From an uncultured Gammaproteobacteria bacterium (GTDB taxonomy: Bacteria > Patescibacteriota > Microgenomatia > Levybacterales > UBA12049): DNA of 54,104 nucleotides. Of this stretch, positions 18,356 through 27,877 are shown one piece after another. Location of the stretch: positions 1 through 54,104 of the forward strand of contig CAYOZJ010000006.1 of the NCBI GenBank assembly GCA_964408485.1, written 5' to 3'. Position 1 is the first letter of the stretch, and every line of letters begins with the position of its first letter. The position numbers were made by a program, and so were the translations under genes. A model generated the notes under the pieces. The model ran no database searches. It was not told the DNA's origin and saw only the letters and a list, made by a program, of their open reading frames with translations.

Positions 18356-18757
18356 ATGGACATGATAGATAAGTTAGCATGGATTTACGTTAAAGACAGA
18401 AAAATTCTTTCAACCAGATCAAAAGGGAAAGATGCATGGTATATTCCAGGTGGAAAACGCGAGTCAGGAGAAACAGATCAAGAGGCACTCATTAGGGAAG
18501 TGAAAGAGGAGTTAGCTGTTGATCTTATTGCCGAGACAATTCTTTATTTGGATACATTTAAAGCCCAAGCTCATGGAAAACCTGAAGGCGTAATGGTCCA
18601 AATGACCTGCTACACAGCTCAGTATGTAGGTGATTTAGTGCCATCATCGGAAATTGAAGAAATGAAATACCTCACATCAGATACCGATCCTGCACTTCTC
18701 TCCCCTGTTGATAGAATTATCTTCGCATTTCTTAAAGAAAAGAATCTTATTGACTAG
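18356..18757 (+). CDS. NUDIX hydrolase
   Basis: Nudix box PGGKRESGETDQEALIREVKEEL. Confidence 0.93.
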   Translation: MDMIDKLAWIYVKDRKILSTRSKGKDAWYIPGGKRESGETDQEALIREVKEELAVDLIAETILYLDTFKAQAHGKPEGVMVQMTCYTAQYVGDLVPSSEIEEMKYLTSDTDPALLSPVDRIIFAFLKEKNLID

Positions 18758-19755
18758 TGCGATTTCTTCGAAAACAATTCATTCTTCTTATCTGCATTTC
18801 TTGTATTTATGCTGCATTTTTTATTGTTCATTTTCATGTACAAAAAACAGAAACAGTTTTAGGAGTTGGCACTAACCTTGCGCTTTTTGAAGAGCCAATG
18901 TCTGGCAAGGATCCAATTATTTCAACAATTAGTAATGCGCAAAAAGAAGTAGATGTAGAAGTCTATCTCCTATCAGATAAAGACATTATTACAAGTTTGC
19001 TTGATGCATGTGGACGTGGAGTAGTAGTAAAGGTAATGCTTGAGCAGCATCCATTTGGCGGAGGTAGCATTAATCAAAAAACACATCAACAACTCCAGAA
19101 TACCTGTGTCCATATACAATGGACAAATCCGGCATTTGCATTGACTCATGAAAAAACAATTCTTATCGACGGAAGACAAGTATTTATTCTTAATCAAAAC
19201 TTAACCAATGCTGCGTTTAGCAGTAACCGTGAATACGATATTTTGGATACAAATCCACAGGATGTTGGAGAGATACAAAAGATTTTTACTGCGGATTGGA
19301 ATAGGTCATCCTTTGCATCGTCCCAGACAAACCTTGTCGTTAGTCCTCTTACATCTCGCGATATACTTTCGAGTCTTATTTCTCATGCAACAAAAACGCT
19401 TGATATAGAAATGGAAGTTATTGAGGACCCAGATATTGCAACCTTGCTAAAAGAGAAAGCGAGGAGTACAGCAATTCGTATTATTATTCCGACATTTTCT
19501 CAGATAAGTTCTAATAAAAAAATTGCTCAACAATTACAGCAATCTGGAGTTGAAGCAAAAACAATGGGTAGTCCGTATATTCATGCGAAGCTAATTCTTG
19601 CTGATAATGCAAAGGCATATGTGGGGTCAGTTAATTTAACAACACAGAGCATGGATTCCAACCGGGAAGTTGGAATTATTCTTTCTCAGCAGGATGTTTT
19701 GGCAGAGCTTAGCCAAGATTTTGATGTGGATTGGGAAAATGCAAGCAATTTTTAA
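18757..19755 (+). CDS. phospholipase D family protein (cardiolipin synthase-like)
   Basis: Two HKD motifs, HEKTILID and HAKLILAD; N-terminal TM. Confidence 0.9.
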   Translation: MRFLRKQFILLICISCIYAAFFIVHFHVQKTETVLGVGTNLALFEEPMSGKDPIISTISNAQKEVDVEVYLLSDKDIITSLLDACGRGVVVKVMLEQHPFGGGSINQKTHQQLQNTCVHIQWTNPAFALTHEKTILIDGRQVFILNQNLTNAAFSSNREYDILDTNPQDVGEIQKIFTADWNRSSFASSQTNLVVSPLTSRDILSSLISHATKTLDIEMEVIEDPDIATLLKEKARSTAIRIIIPTFSQISSNKKIAQQLQQSGVEAKTMGSPYIHAKLILADNAKAYVGSVNLTTQSMDSNREVGIILSQQDVLAELSQDFDVDWENASNF

Positions 19756-19805
19756 TTATCTCCAAGCCCTTTACACGAACATAAATATATCCTATAATAA
19801 CATCT

Positions 19806-20084
19806 ATGCCAATATCTTTACCCATGTTTCACAAACCTTGTTCAGAGCTCGTAGACGGGAGATGTGAGGTGAGTGTTACAGCGAATAATATGGATTTAGG
19901 ACGTGATGAGGGTGTTCGCTATGATGATCGAACAAATAGAGACATAGACGCTATTCTGGTAGGGGGAGCAACATTTCAAACAACTTCTAAACCGTCAGTA
20001 CCGTCAATATGTTTAGAAGCAAATAATTCGAACAGTCAAAGAGTATGTATCGGATTTGGTTTAAGAAAACGAAAACCTTTATAA
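19806..20084 (+). CDS. orphan small 4-Cys protein
   Basis: TTTACA(19770)-17-TATAAT(19793)-7 nt-ATG. Confidence 0.55.
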   Translation: MPISLPMFHKPCSELVDGRCEVSVTANNMDLGRDEGVRYDDRTNRDIDAILVGGATFQTTSKPSVPSICLEANNSNSQRVCIGFGLRKRKPL

Positions 20085-20160
20085 TCTTCATCCCCTATTC
20101 ATAAACATTTTTTACACTTCTTGAACATATACTCTTTGTCGGGTATACTTGAGTGCTTTT

Positions 20161-21489
20161 ATGAAGATTGCTAAACGCATAGGACAATTTTTTCTTGCCC
20201 ATAAAAAAATTACTGCCTCCTTTATTATTATTTTGATTCTTCTTTTTGCAGGATGGAGTATTTTTGGTCCCAAGCAAACAAATTCTCAATACCAAACAGC
20301 CCAAGTGTCAAAAGACACATTAGTTGTTTCAGTGAGTGAGTCAGGACAGGTATCGGTTGCAAATAGAACAGCAGTAACAACATCCGCAACAGGTGTTGTT
20401 ACCAATGTGTATGTAAAAGAAGGAGACGAAGTCTCGGTAGGACAGAAAATTGCCGATATTGCTTTAGATAAAAATGGACAGCAGCAGGCAAGTAATGCCT
20501 ATGCACAATATCTTTCTGCGCAAAATAGTGTGACAAATGCACAAACTCAATTAAATACCCTTCAGGCAACACTTTTCCAAACCAATCAGGCATTTCTTAA
20601 TGATCGCGGTGTGCCAAATCCATCAACAGATCAAATGGCAGACCCACGATATATTGAAGAAAATGATGCATGGCTTGCTGCACAGGCAAATTATCTTAAC
20701 CAACAAAATGTTATTGCTCAGGCTCAGGCGTCACTAAATAGCGCAGCAATTTCTTATCAAAATGCTGCCTCAAGTATTGTCGCGCCTGCATCTGGCACAT
20801 TAAGTGATTTAACAATAACCCAGGGTATGCAGATTACTGCTGTATCAAGTAGCAATAATTCCTCAAGTATTGCCAATACCTCAACAACAGTTGCTAACAT
20901 AAAAACACAAGGTAATCCTGTCATTGCAGTGCAGCTCTCAGAAATAGATGTTAACAAGGTAAAATCAGGAGATAGCGCTACTGTTACGTTGGATGCCCTT
21001 CCTGATAAAACATTCACCGGAAAAGTTGTTGGCATTAACACAACAGGAGCAGTCAGTAGCGGCGTCACCAATTATCCTGCAACCATCCTTTTGGATAGTC
21101 CCAGTAATGAAATTCTTCCTAACATGAGTGCAACGGCAAATATTATTACATCAGTCAAAAGCGATGTTTTGCTTGTTCCAACAGCTGCAGTCCAAACAAG
21201 CAGTGGCGCTTCAACAGTTCGTGTTTTGAAAAATGGACAAATAATAATAACAGACGTTACGATTGGCGAGTCGTCTGATTCACAAACAGAAATTACTTCA
21301 GGTCTTTCTGAAGGACAAACAGTGGTGACGAGTGTCACTACACCGACTACCTCTTCTAATCAAAATGGGACCTCCCCATTTAGTAGAAGTTTGTTTGGCG
21401 GTGGAGCTGGGGGTGCCACATTCTTTAGAGCAGGTAGCGGGGGTGGCGGTGGAGCTGGAGCAGCACGAGGTGGCGCGGGAGGAAGATAA
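20161..21489 (+). CDS. MacA/YknX-like membrane fusion (adaptor) protein
   Basis: TM, lipoyl halves (VKEGDEVSVGQ; IVAPASG), coiled coil, beta-barrel, Gly-rich tail; promoter TTGAAC-17-TATACT. Confidence 0.9.
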   Translation: MKIAKRIGQFFLAHKKITASFIIILILLFAGWSIFGPKQTNSQYQTAQVSKDTLVVSVSESGQVSVANRTAVTTSATGVVTNVYVKEGDEVSVGQKIADIALDKNGQQQASNAYAQYLSAQNSVTNAQTQLNTLQATLFQTNQAFLNDRGVPNPSTDQMADPRYIEENDAWLAAQANYLNQQNVIAQAQASLNSAAISYQNAASSIVAPASGTLSDLTITQGMQITAVSSSNNSSSIANTSTTVANIKTQGNPVIAVQLSEIDVNKVKSGDSATVTLDALPDKTFTGKVVGINTTGAVSSGVTNYPATILLDSPSNEILPNMSATANIITSVKSDVLLVPTAAVQTSSGASTVRVLKNGQIIITDVTIGESSDSQTEITSGLSEGQTVVTSVTTPTTSSNQNGTSPFSRSLFGGGAGGATFFRAGSGGGGGAGAARGGAGGR

Positions 21490-22218
21490 GTGAAAGATAA
21501 TCCAACTATTCAGGTTACTCATCTTTCCAAAATATATACAACTGGGGATATAGAAACAACTGCGTTAAAGGACATCTCGTTTTCTATTAAAAGTGGCGAA
21601 TTTGTTGCCATTATGGGACCCTCAGGAAGCGGAAAATCAACACTCATGCATATTCTCGGTGCACTCGACACACCCACAAAAGGAACATATATATTGGATG
21701 GACAAAATGTAGAAAAATTAACCGACGATGAATTAGCAGAAATTAGAAATAAAAAAATAGGATTTATTTTTCAGGCATTTAATCTCCTTCCCCGAACAAC
21801 AGTTTTGCAAAATGTTATGTTGCCAATGCGATATGCAGAGCTTCCGTTAACAGAGAGAAAAAAGCGAGCAGAAAAATATATCGACATGGTAGGATTATCT
21901 TCACGAATACATCACACATCAAATCAGATATCAGGTGGACAACAGCAGCGTGTTGCTATAGCAAGGGCACTTACAATGAATCCGGCAATTCTTCTTGCTG
22001 ATGAACCAACGGGAAATATTGCGTCAGCACAAGCAGAAGAAATTATGGCAATTTTCCAAAAGCTTAATAAAGAGGGACATACCATTATCATGATTACCCA
22101 CGAGCCGGATATTGCTGCGCATGCAACGCGCATTATTCATGTGAGAGATGGGGAAATTATACAAGATGAAAAAAATCACAAACAAGTTGTGGCAAGAAAT
22201 TTGCAGAAAGGGCAGTAA
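21490..22218 (+). CDS. ABC transporter ATP-binding protein (MacB/LolD type)
   Basis: GPSGSGKST, ISGGQQQRVAIARAL, LADEPTGN. Confidence 0.95.
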   Translation: MKDNPTIQVTHLSKIYTTGDIETTALKDISFSIKSGEFVAIMGPSGSGKSTLMHILGALDTPTKGTYILDGQNVEKLTDDELAEIRNKKIGFIFQAFNLLPRTTVLQNVMLPMRYAELPLTERKKRAEKYIDMVGLSSRIHHTSNQISGGQQQRVAIARALTMNPAILLADEPTGNIASAQAEEIMAIFQKLNKEGHTIIMITHEPDIAAHATRIIHVRDGEIIQDEKNHKQVVARNLQKGQ

Positions 22219-22221
22219 TCT

Positions 22222-23445
22222 ATGCAAGAAATTTTAGAAATAATTCAAGAAAGTATTGGGACACTAACACTTAATAAATTGCGAACTGGTCTTGCGATTT
22301 TAGGAATCGTTATTGGTATAGGCAGTGTTATTGCATTAGTTTCGTTGGGCGAGGCAAGCCAAAAAGCAATTCAATCACAAATTGAATCACTTGGGGCAAA
22401 TTTACTCACTGTTAGTCCTGGAGCTCAGACAACAGGAGGGATACGGCAGGCTGCAGGGTCAACTGAGACACTGACCGATGAGGACGCAACTGCACTTGCA
22501 ACGTCACCTCAGGTAACAGCTATTCAGGCAGTTTCTCCTGAAATTTCCAGTCGTTCGCAAGTGAGTGCTGGGGGAAACAATACTAATACGCAAGTTATAG
22601 GGGTTACCACTGCATATATGATTGTTCATAATGTTTCTATTGCCGAAGGATCATTTATTTCAGATACAGACAATCAAAGCCTTGCCAAAATTGCCGTACT
22701 TGGACCACAAGTTGTATCTACCCTTTTTGGAACAACAGATCCAATTGGTCAGACAGTACGAATCAATAAATTAGCATTTCGTGTAGTAGGTATAACTGTG
22801 AGTAAAGGTGGAACAGGATTTCAAAATCAAGACGACACTATTTTTATTCCCCTTCAGACTGCAGAAAAACAAGTACTGGGAAGAAATTATTTAAGTAATA
22901 TTTCATTGGCTGCCAAATCTCAAGATGTTATGACTGATGCAGAGAATCAAGTGGGCTATCTCCTTTTAGCTCGCCATCATTTAACCGATCCTGCTCAAGC
23001 AGATTTTAGTATTCTTTCCCAGTCGGATATTTTAACTGCGGCATCTTCTACAACTGGTACCTTCACAACACTTCTTACCGGTGTTGCTGCAATTTCTCTT
23101 TTGGTTGGGGGAATCGGTATTATGAATATTATGCTTGTGACCGTGAATGAACGTACGCGGGAAATTGGTCTTCGAAAAGCATTGGGAGCAAAAAAGAAAA
23201 TTATTATTACACAATTTCTTATCGAGGCAATTATGCTTACATTCATCGGTGGGATTGTTGGAATTTTATTGGGTGTTATCTTTTCATTTGGATATGCGGT
23301 TTTGTCAGGGTCTCTTTTTGTCGTCTCACCATATTCAGTTATTTTGGCATTCGTTGTGTCGGCCGGGATAGGAATTGTTTTTGGTTGGTATCCTGCCAAT
23401 AGAGCTGCAAATCTACAACCAATAGAAGCACTGAGGTATGAATGA
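22222..23445 (+). CDS. MacB/FtsX-type ABC permease
   Basis: NKLRTGLAILGIVIG, GGIGIMNIMLVTV.ERTREIGLRKALGA, PIEALRYE. Confidence 0.95.
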   Translation: MQEILEIIQESIGTLTLNKLRTGLAILGIVIGIGSVIALVSLGEASQKAIQSQIESLGANLLTVSPGAQTTGGIRQAAGSTETLTDEDATALATSPQVTAIQAVSPEISSRSQVSAGGNNTNTQVIGVTTAYMIVHNVSIAEGSFISDTDNQSLAKIAVLGPQVVSTLFGTTDPIGQTVRINKLAFRVVGITVSKGGTGFQNQDDTIFIPLQTAEKQVLGRNYLSNISLAAKSQDVMTDAENQVGYLLLARHHLTDPAQADFSILSQSDILTAASSTTGTFTTLLTGVAAISLLVGGIGIMNIMLVTVNERTREIGLRKALGAKKKIIITQFLIEAIMLTFIGGIVGILLGVIFSFGYAVLSGSLFVVSPYSVILAFVVSAGIGIVFGWYPANRAANLQPIEALRYE

Positions 23446-23449
23446 AAAA

Positions 23450-23523
23450 GTATCACGTAGTATGTATTACGTTAAAAAGAAAGTTCTAACAGTACTTGAT
23501 ACATACTACGTAATACATAATAC
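23450..23523. repeat. inverted heptamer-repeat element (GTAnnAn / TACnTnn family)
   Basis: GTATCAC GTAGTAT GTATTAC ... TACTTGA TACATAC TACGTAA TACATAA; arms complementary at 17 of 19 positions. Confidence 0.8.
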
Positions 23524-23547
23524 AAATCGAGAGGGGGTGATTATGCA

Positions 23548-23976
23548 ATGAAGATAAGTAAAAGTTTAGTTATCGCAGCCCTGCTTGTCGTACTTGCCCT
23601 TGGAGGTGGGTTTTTTGCAGGCATGCAATATCAAAAATCTCAACGACCAGCGTTTGCGGGAGCAGCAGGACAACTTCGAGGTCGATTTGGAGCAGGACAA
23701 GGTAATCAAGCATTTAGACCAGTACGAGGACAAGTACTCAGTGTTAGCGACACTGGAATGACAGTCAAAATGATGGATGGATCAAGTCGTATTGTTGTGG
23801 TATCAGGATCCACACAGTTTATGAAAGCAGATAGTGCGTCTAAGTCTGATGTTAAAACAGGTGACAGCGTTATGGTAATTGGTACACAAAATTCTGATGG
23901 ATCAGTTACGGCGCAAAATGTACAAATAAATCCTGTCCGTATGCAGGTAAGTCCAAGTCCAACCGCAGCAAAGTAA
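23548..23976 (+). CDS. DUF5666-like membrane-anchored OB-fold protein
   Basis: GGGFFAGMQY TM, Gly-rich linker, VKTGDSVMVIG...DGSVTA.NVQI. Confidence 0.8.
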   Translation: MKISKSLVIAALLVVLALGGGFFAGMQYQKSQRPAFAGAAGQLRGRFGAGQGNQAFRPVRGQVLSVSDTGMTVKMMDGSSRIVVVSGSTQFMKADSASKSDVKTGDSVMVIGTQNSDGSVTAQNVQINPVRMQVSPSPTAAK

Positions 23977-23991
23977 TTTACAAGAAGCTGT

Positions 23992-24020
23992 ATGAGCCTG
24001 GGGATTCTCTCCGGGCTCAT
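23992..24020. terminator. GC-rich hairpin after DUF5666 gene
   Basis: ATGAGCCTGGGGA-ttc-TCTCCGGGCTCAT; no T-tract. Confidence 0.5.
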
Positions 24021-24023
24021 GGG

Positions 24024-24073
24024 TTGACATGCCAGTCCCCTTTTTGCTAAAATACTTAGGTAATCTAAGTATT
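24024..24073 (+). promoter_or_regulatory. MarR operon promoter and operator
   Basis: TTGACA-18-TAAAAT (TGn-extended); perfect inverted repeat AATACTTAG-gtaat-CTAAGTATT at 24051-24073. Confidence 0.8.
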
Positions 24074-24076
24074 AAT

Positions 24077-24511
24077 ATGGATACAACAACAAAAATTATT
24101 GATAGTATTTTTACTTTCTCCCGTATGCTGAAGGAAAAAATGGGCGCCAAATCCGATATTGCAAATTTAAGCATGGTACAGCTCCAGACACTTTCTTTCC
24201 TTAGTAAAAATCCAAAATCAGCAATGAGAGATATTGCGGATTTTTTGCACATAGAACTTCCTTCTGCAACAAATCTGATTGAAAAATTAGTAAAACTGCA
24301 GTTTGTAGAAAGACGTCTTGATGCAAAAGATAAGCGTTGGGTGCGAATATCACTCACTGCAAAAGGCAAAGGTCTTTTAGTGAAGGCAAAAAAAGATCGG
24401 GCAAAAAATATGGGAAAGCTCCTTTCGCGATTGAGTGAAGAAGAAAAGACAACGCTCCTTTCTGTGCTCCAGAAATTAACGAATGTATTGGAAAAAGAAT
24501 ATGAAAGATAG
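24077..24511 (+). CDS. MarR family regulator
   Basis: LSMVQLQTL, SATNLIEKLVK..FVER..DAKDKRWVRISLT.KG. Confidence 0.93.
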   Translation: MDTTTKIIDSIFTFSRMLKEKMGAKSDIANLSMVQLQTLSFLSKNPKSAMRDIADFLHIELPSATNLIEKLVKLQFVERRLDAKDKRWVRISLTAKGKGLLVKAKKDRAKNMGKLLSRLSEEEKTTLLSVLQKLTNVLEKEYER

Positions 24512-25595
24512 AAAATTTTTACTAGTTCTTCTTGTCGTAGCAGTCATTGCTGTAGGTGTTTTATTTGGCATTGGAAAACTTACTTTATCTTTACATAAAA
24601 CAATTGCAGCACAGGCGGTTGCTGTTAAGCGTGTTTCACAAACAATTTCTGCGGGTGGCAGTATCCATTCACGCAGCGAGGCAACACTTCATTTTCAAAC
24701 AGGAGGAAAATTAGCGTATTTGCCATTTAAACAAGGAGATAGTGTTTATGCAGGACAAACAATTGCCTCATTGGATACGTATGCATTGCAAAAAATGCTT
24801 CAGGCACAAGCAAATGCGTATCAAGTTGCTAACAATACAAATGCACAAATTCAGGAAAACAATCAAGCAACAATTATCGAGGGACAAACACGAGCTGGTC
24901 TTGATAGTACCAACCACAATAGTTATAACAACATAACCGAAGCACAGGTAATTACCGATACCGTTAATCGATTGGTGCAAAATAGTTTGCTCACACAAAA
25001 CAGCGCACAGCTTCAAGTAGATCTAGCAAATTATGCAATTTCTCTGGCAAGTCTGACTGCGCCGTTTACCGGTGTGTTAATTAGTGAAGACGTTACAACA
25101 CCAAATGTAAATATAACAACAACAACAGGGTTTTCCTTAGCAGACCCAACACAAAAAATATTCCGCGCGCACGTTGCTGCATCGGATATTGATTTTGTCA
25201 GTGTTGGCAGTAAAGCCGTTGTGACCATCGATGGACAGAAGAAATCTTTATCCGGAACCGTTGCAACAATCTATCCCCAGAAGCAAACTGTCTCAACAGG
25301 TGAGCAGATTTACGATGTTGATATTGCAGTAGATGGAATCACGAATGCAGCATTTGGGCAAAATGGATCAGTCGTTATTACGAGTAATGATCAAACAAAT
25401 GCACTCCTTGTTCCTAGTTGGGTAATTGTTGGACATGCGTATGTATGGGTATGGAATGGTCAGAAGGCAGTCTTAAAACATGTTACCCCAGGTGCGACGC
25501 ACGGAAGTATGACAGAAGTACAAGGAGTATCAAAAGATGAAAAGCTAATTACTTCTCCAGAAAATATTGCGCGGCAGACATATCAATTACTATGA
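24501..25595 (+). CDS. HlyD/efflux adaptor subunit
   Basis: TM, FQTGGKL..LPFKQGDSV.AGQ.IA.LD, LTAPFTG. Confidence 0.85.
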   Translation: MKDRKFLLVLLVVAVIAVGVLFGIGKLTLSLHKTIAAQAVAVKRVSQTISAGGSIHSRSEATLHFQTGGKLAYLPFKQGDSVYAGQTIASLDTYALQKMLQAQANAYQVANNTNAQIQENNQATIIEGQTRAGLDSTNHNSYNNITEAQVITDTVNRLVQNSLLTQNSAQLQVDLANYAISLASLTAPFTGVLISEDVTTPNVNITTTTGFSLADPTQKIFRAHVAASDIDFVSVGSKAVVTIDGQKKSLSGTVATIYPQKQTVSTGEQIYDVDIAVDGITNAAFGQNGSVVITSNDQTNALLVPSWVIVGHAYVWVWNGQKAVLKHVTPGATHGSMTEVQGVSKDEKLITSPENIARQTYQLL

Positions 25596-26230
25596 AAAAT
25601 CTTATAAAACAATTACGAAATCCAAAAGTTTTTAAACCACTTCTCATCGCTGTTGTTATTGTAGTTATTGTTGCGTCATACACTTTTTCTCAGATGCGTA
25701 CAGGAAGAGTTTTTATTGATGACTCACTTGTTTCTGCCCCCGTTGTTAACATAGTAGCTAATACGCCTGGGACTCTGAGTGAAATTGATGCGTACGAAGG
25801 ACAATACATTAAAAAAGGAGACAGTTTGGGAGTTGTAGCAGGGCAAGCTGTGTATGCAGATACAGATGGACTTATTGTTATGGCGAATAACCAAATCGGT
25901 AGTAACGTTACTGCAACATCGCCCTTAGTGCAAATGATTAATCCTCAAAATATGCGGATTGCAGGGACGATAGATGAAAACAAAGGCTTATCGGATGTGC
26001 GGGTTGGCCAGGTTGTTAATTTTACTGTTGATGCGCTCCCGGGAAAAGTTTTCTGGGGCTATGTCGATGAAGTTAGTCCAACGGCCAAACAGACACAAGC
26101 AGCATTCAGCATCTCTTCAGAGCGTCCCACTCAGCAGTTTGTTGTCTATGCAACATTTGACGCTAACCGCTACCCTGCAGTTAAAAATGGTATGTCTGCA
26201 AAAATGACGATTTTTACTTCAACTCATTAA
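25592..26230 (+). CDS. short HlyD/EmrA-like adaptor lacking the alpha-hairpin
   Basis: TM, adjacent lipoyl halves, IDENKGLSDVRVGQ...VDALPG. Confidence 0.8.
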   Translation: MKNLIKQLRNPKVFKPLLIAVVIVVIVASYTFSQMRTGRVFIDDSLVSAPVVNIVANTPGTLSEIDAYEGQYIKKGDSLGVVAGQAVYADTDGLIVMANNQIGSNVTATSPLVQMINPQNMRIAGTIDENKGLSDVRVGQVVNFTVDALPGKVFWGYVDEVSPTAKQTQAAFSISSERPTQQFVVYATFDANRYPAVKNGMSAKMTIFTSTH

Positions 26231-26242
26231 AAATAAAAAATC

Positions 26243-26321
26243 GTCATCCTGAGGAGTTCTGCATAGCAGAACGACGTGAGGATCTCCTTTGGACTAGATT
26301 TCTCACTTCGTTCGAAATGAC
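26243..26321. repeat. REP/RPE-like palindromic element (GTCAT...ATGAC type)
   Basis: GTCATCCTGAG...GTGAGGATCT..AGATTTCTCACTTCGTTCGAAATGAC; side hairpin GTTCTGC-ata-GCAGAAC. Confidence 0.75.
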
Positions 26322-26327
26322 AAAAGT

Positions 26328-27851
26328 ATGGCACAACAAGCAGTTACCCCAGTTGTAAAAAAAGGCTTCGAAAAGCATCAGTGGCTCATTCTAGCAACCC
26401 TCATGATTGCCTCATTTTTAGGAAGACTTGACGGGACAATTGTCAATTTAGCGCTCCCGAAAATTATTTCTGATTTTGGTATCACGGTGAGTCAGGCAAG
26501 TTGGATTTCGACATCCTATATTATTGCCAATGCCATTTTTGTCCCGGTATTTGGAAAGCTAGGAGATTTAATTGGGCGAAAGCCCTTATATATTTTTGGT
26601 ATTGTTGGATTTACTCTAACAAGTATGCTTGCAGGGTTATCTTTTAATCTTCCATCAATGGTTATTTTTCGAGTACTCCAAGCAATAACAGTAAGTATTG
26701 ATTATCCAATTGCGCTGTCTATTATTGCTTTTACATTTGCGGATAAAAATCAGCGTGCACAGGCAATGGGTATGTGGTCCGGTATTTTTGCAGCGGCTGT
26801 TGTTTTTGGTCCCCTTCTTGGTGGACCACTCGTTGACTTATTTGGGTGGCGGTCTGTTTTTTATATAAATGTACCGCTTGGAGCATTGGGTACTTTCATG
26901 GCTTTCAGATTTATTGTGGAGCCGGTTAAAAAAATTAAAGGACTCAAAAATTTTGATATTTGGGGGTCGCTTCTTTTGGGAGTAAGTCTTGGAACAATGG
27001 TGTTGGTGCTTGATCAAGGACAATCATGGGGATGGGCAAGTAATGCCAGTATTGTCTCGTACATTATTTCCGGATTATCGTTGGGACTATTTATCTGGGT
27101 TGAGACATGGCAAAAAGAGCCGGTTGTTGACTTAAAATTTTTCAGGATTCCCGCATTTAGTGCTGCAATTATTACCTCATTCATTTCTTTTATGGGAATG
27201 ATTGGCGCATTATTTTTGCTTCCTCTTTTTGCACAAAATTTCTTAGGATATTCAGTAACAAAATCTGGTTACCTATTTATTCCTATGGCAGTCTGTCTTA
27301 TGGTAGCAGCGCAAACAGGCGCTCGTTTAGCACGACGATTTCCACCGAGATACGTTACGGCAATTGGTATGTTCTTTTCAGCAGCAATGCTATTTCTTTT
27401 TATTGGCATAGATATTAAGTGGACGTTTTGGGATATAGCCTGGAGGCTTGGATTTTTTGCTGCAGGCCTTGGTATTGGGCTAGCGCCTTTAACGAATGCA
27501 GCAACATCAACTGTGCCAATTCATGAAGTTGGTGTTGCATCATCAATTCTGGCATTGGCACGTAATTTATCCGGCGCATTTGGTGTTGCGATTTTTGCAA
27601 CTATTCTGACAAATAGTATTACCGCAAGTCTTCTTACACTGCAAATACATTCAGTCATTACAACAGTAAATCCAGGAGTCATGCAGACAATGATGGGTCT
27701 TATGGTAATAAAAGCAAATATCTTAGCATACGCAGTTGTTTTTAAGACCGCTGCAATTATTGTTGCAATAGGTGGAATTGCTGCGCTTTTCGTGAAAGAA
27801 AGTAAGAAAGACTTTGTAGGTGAAATGCCGCAAGAAGTCATGGAGTTGTAA
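26328..27851 (+). CDS. MFS DHA2 (EmrB/QacA) efflux transporter
   Basis: LDGTIVNLALP, GKLGDLIGRK, GPLLGG..V..FGWRSVFYINVP; about 14 TM. Confidence 0.93.
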   Translation: MAQQAVTPVVKKGFEKHQWLILATLMIASFLGRLDGTIVNLALPKIISDFGITVSQASWISTSYIIANAIFVPVFGKLGDLIGRKPLYIFGIVGFTLTSMLAGLSFNLPSMVIFRVLQAITVSIDYPIALSIIAFTFADKNQRAQAMGMWSGIFAAAVVFGPLLGGPLVDLFGWRSVFYINVPLGALGTFMAFRFIVEPVKKIKGLKNFDIWGSLLLGVSLGTMVLVLDQGQSWGWASNASIVSYIISGLSLGLFIWVETWQKEPVVDLKFFRIPAFSAAIITSFISFMGMIGALFLLPLFAQNFLGYSVTKSGYLFIPMAVCLMVAAQTGARLARRFPPRYVTAIGMFFSAAMLFLFIGIDIKWTFWDIAWRLGFFAAGLGIGLAPLTNAATSTVPIHEVGVASSILALARNLSGAFGVAIFATILTNSITASLLTLQIHSVITTVNPGVMQTMMGLMVIKANILAYAVVFKTAAIIVAIGGIAALFVKESKKDFVGEMPQEVMEL

Positions 27852-27877
27852 TAATGAAAGTGTATAATAAAAATCCT

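Noticed and set aside
1-20100. Integron cassette array, suggested by cassette-like gene content
   Set aside because: No recurring attC (RYYYAAC...GTTRRRY) structures, no integrase, mixed orientation, and genes carry their own promoters
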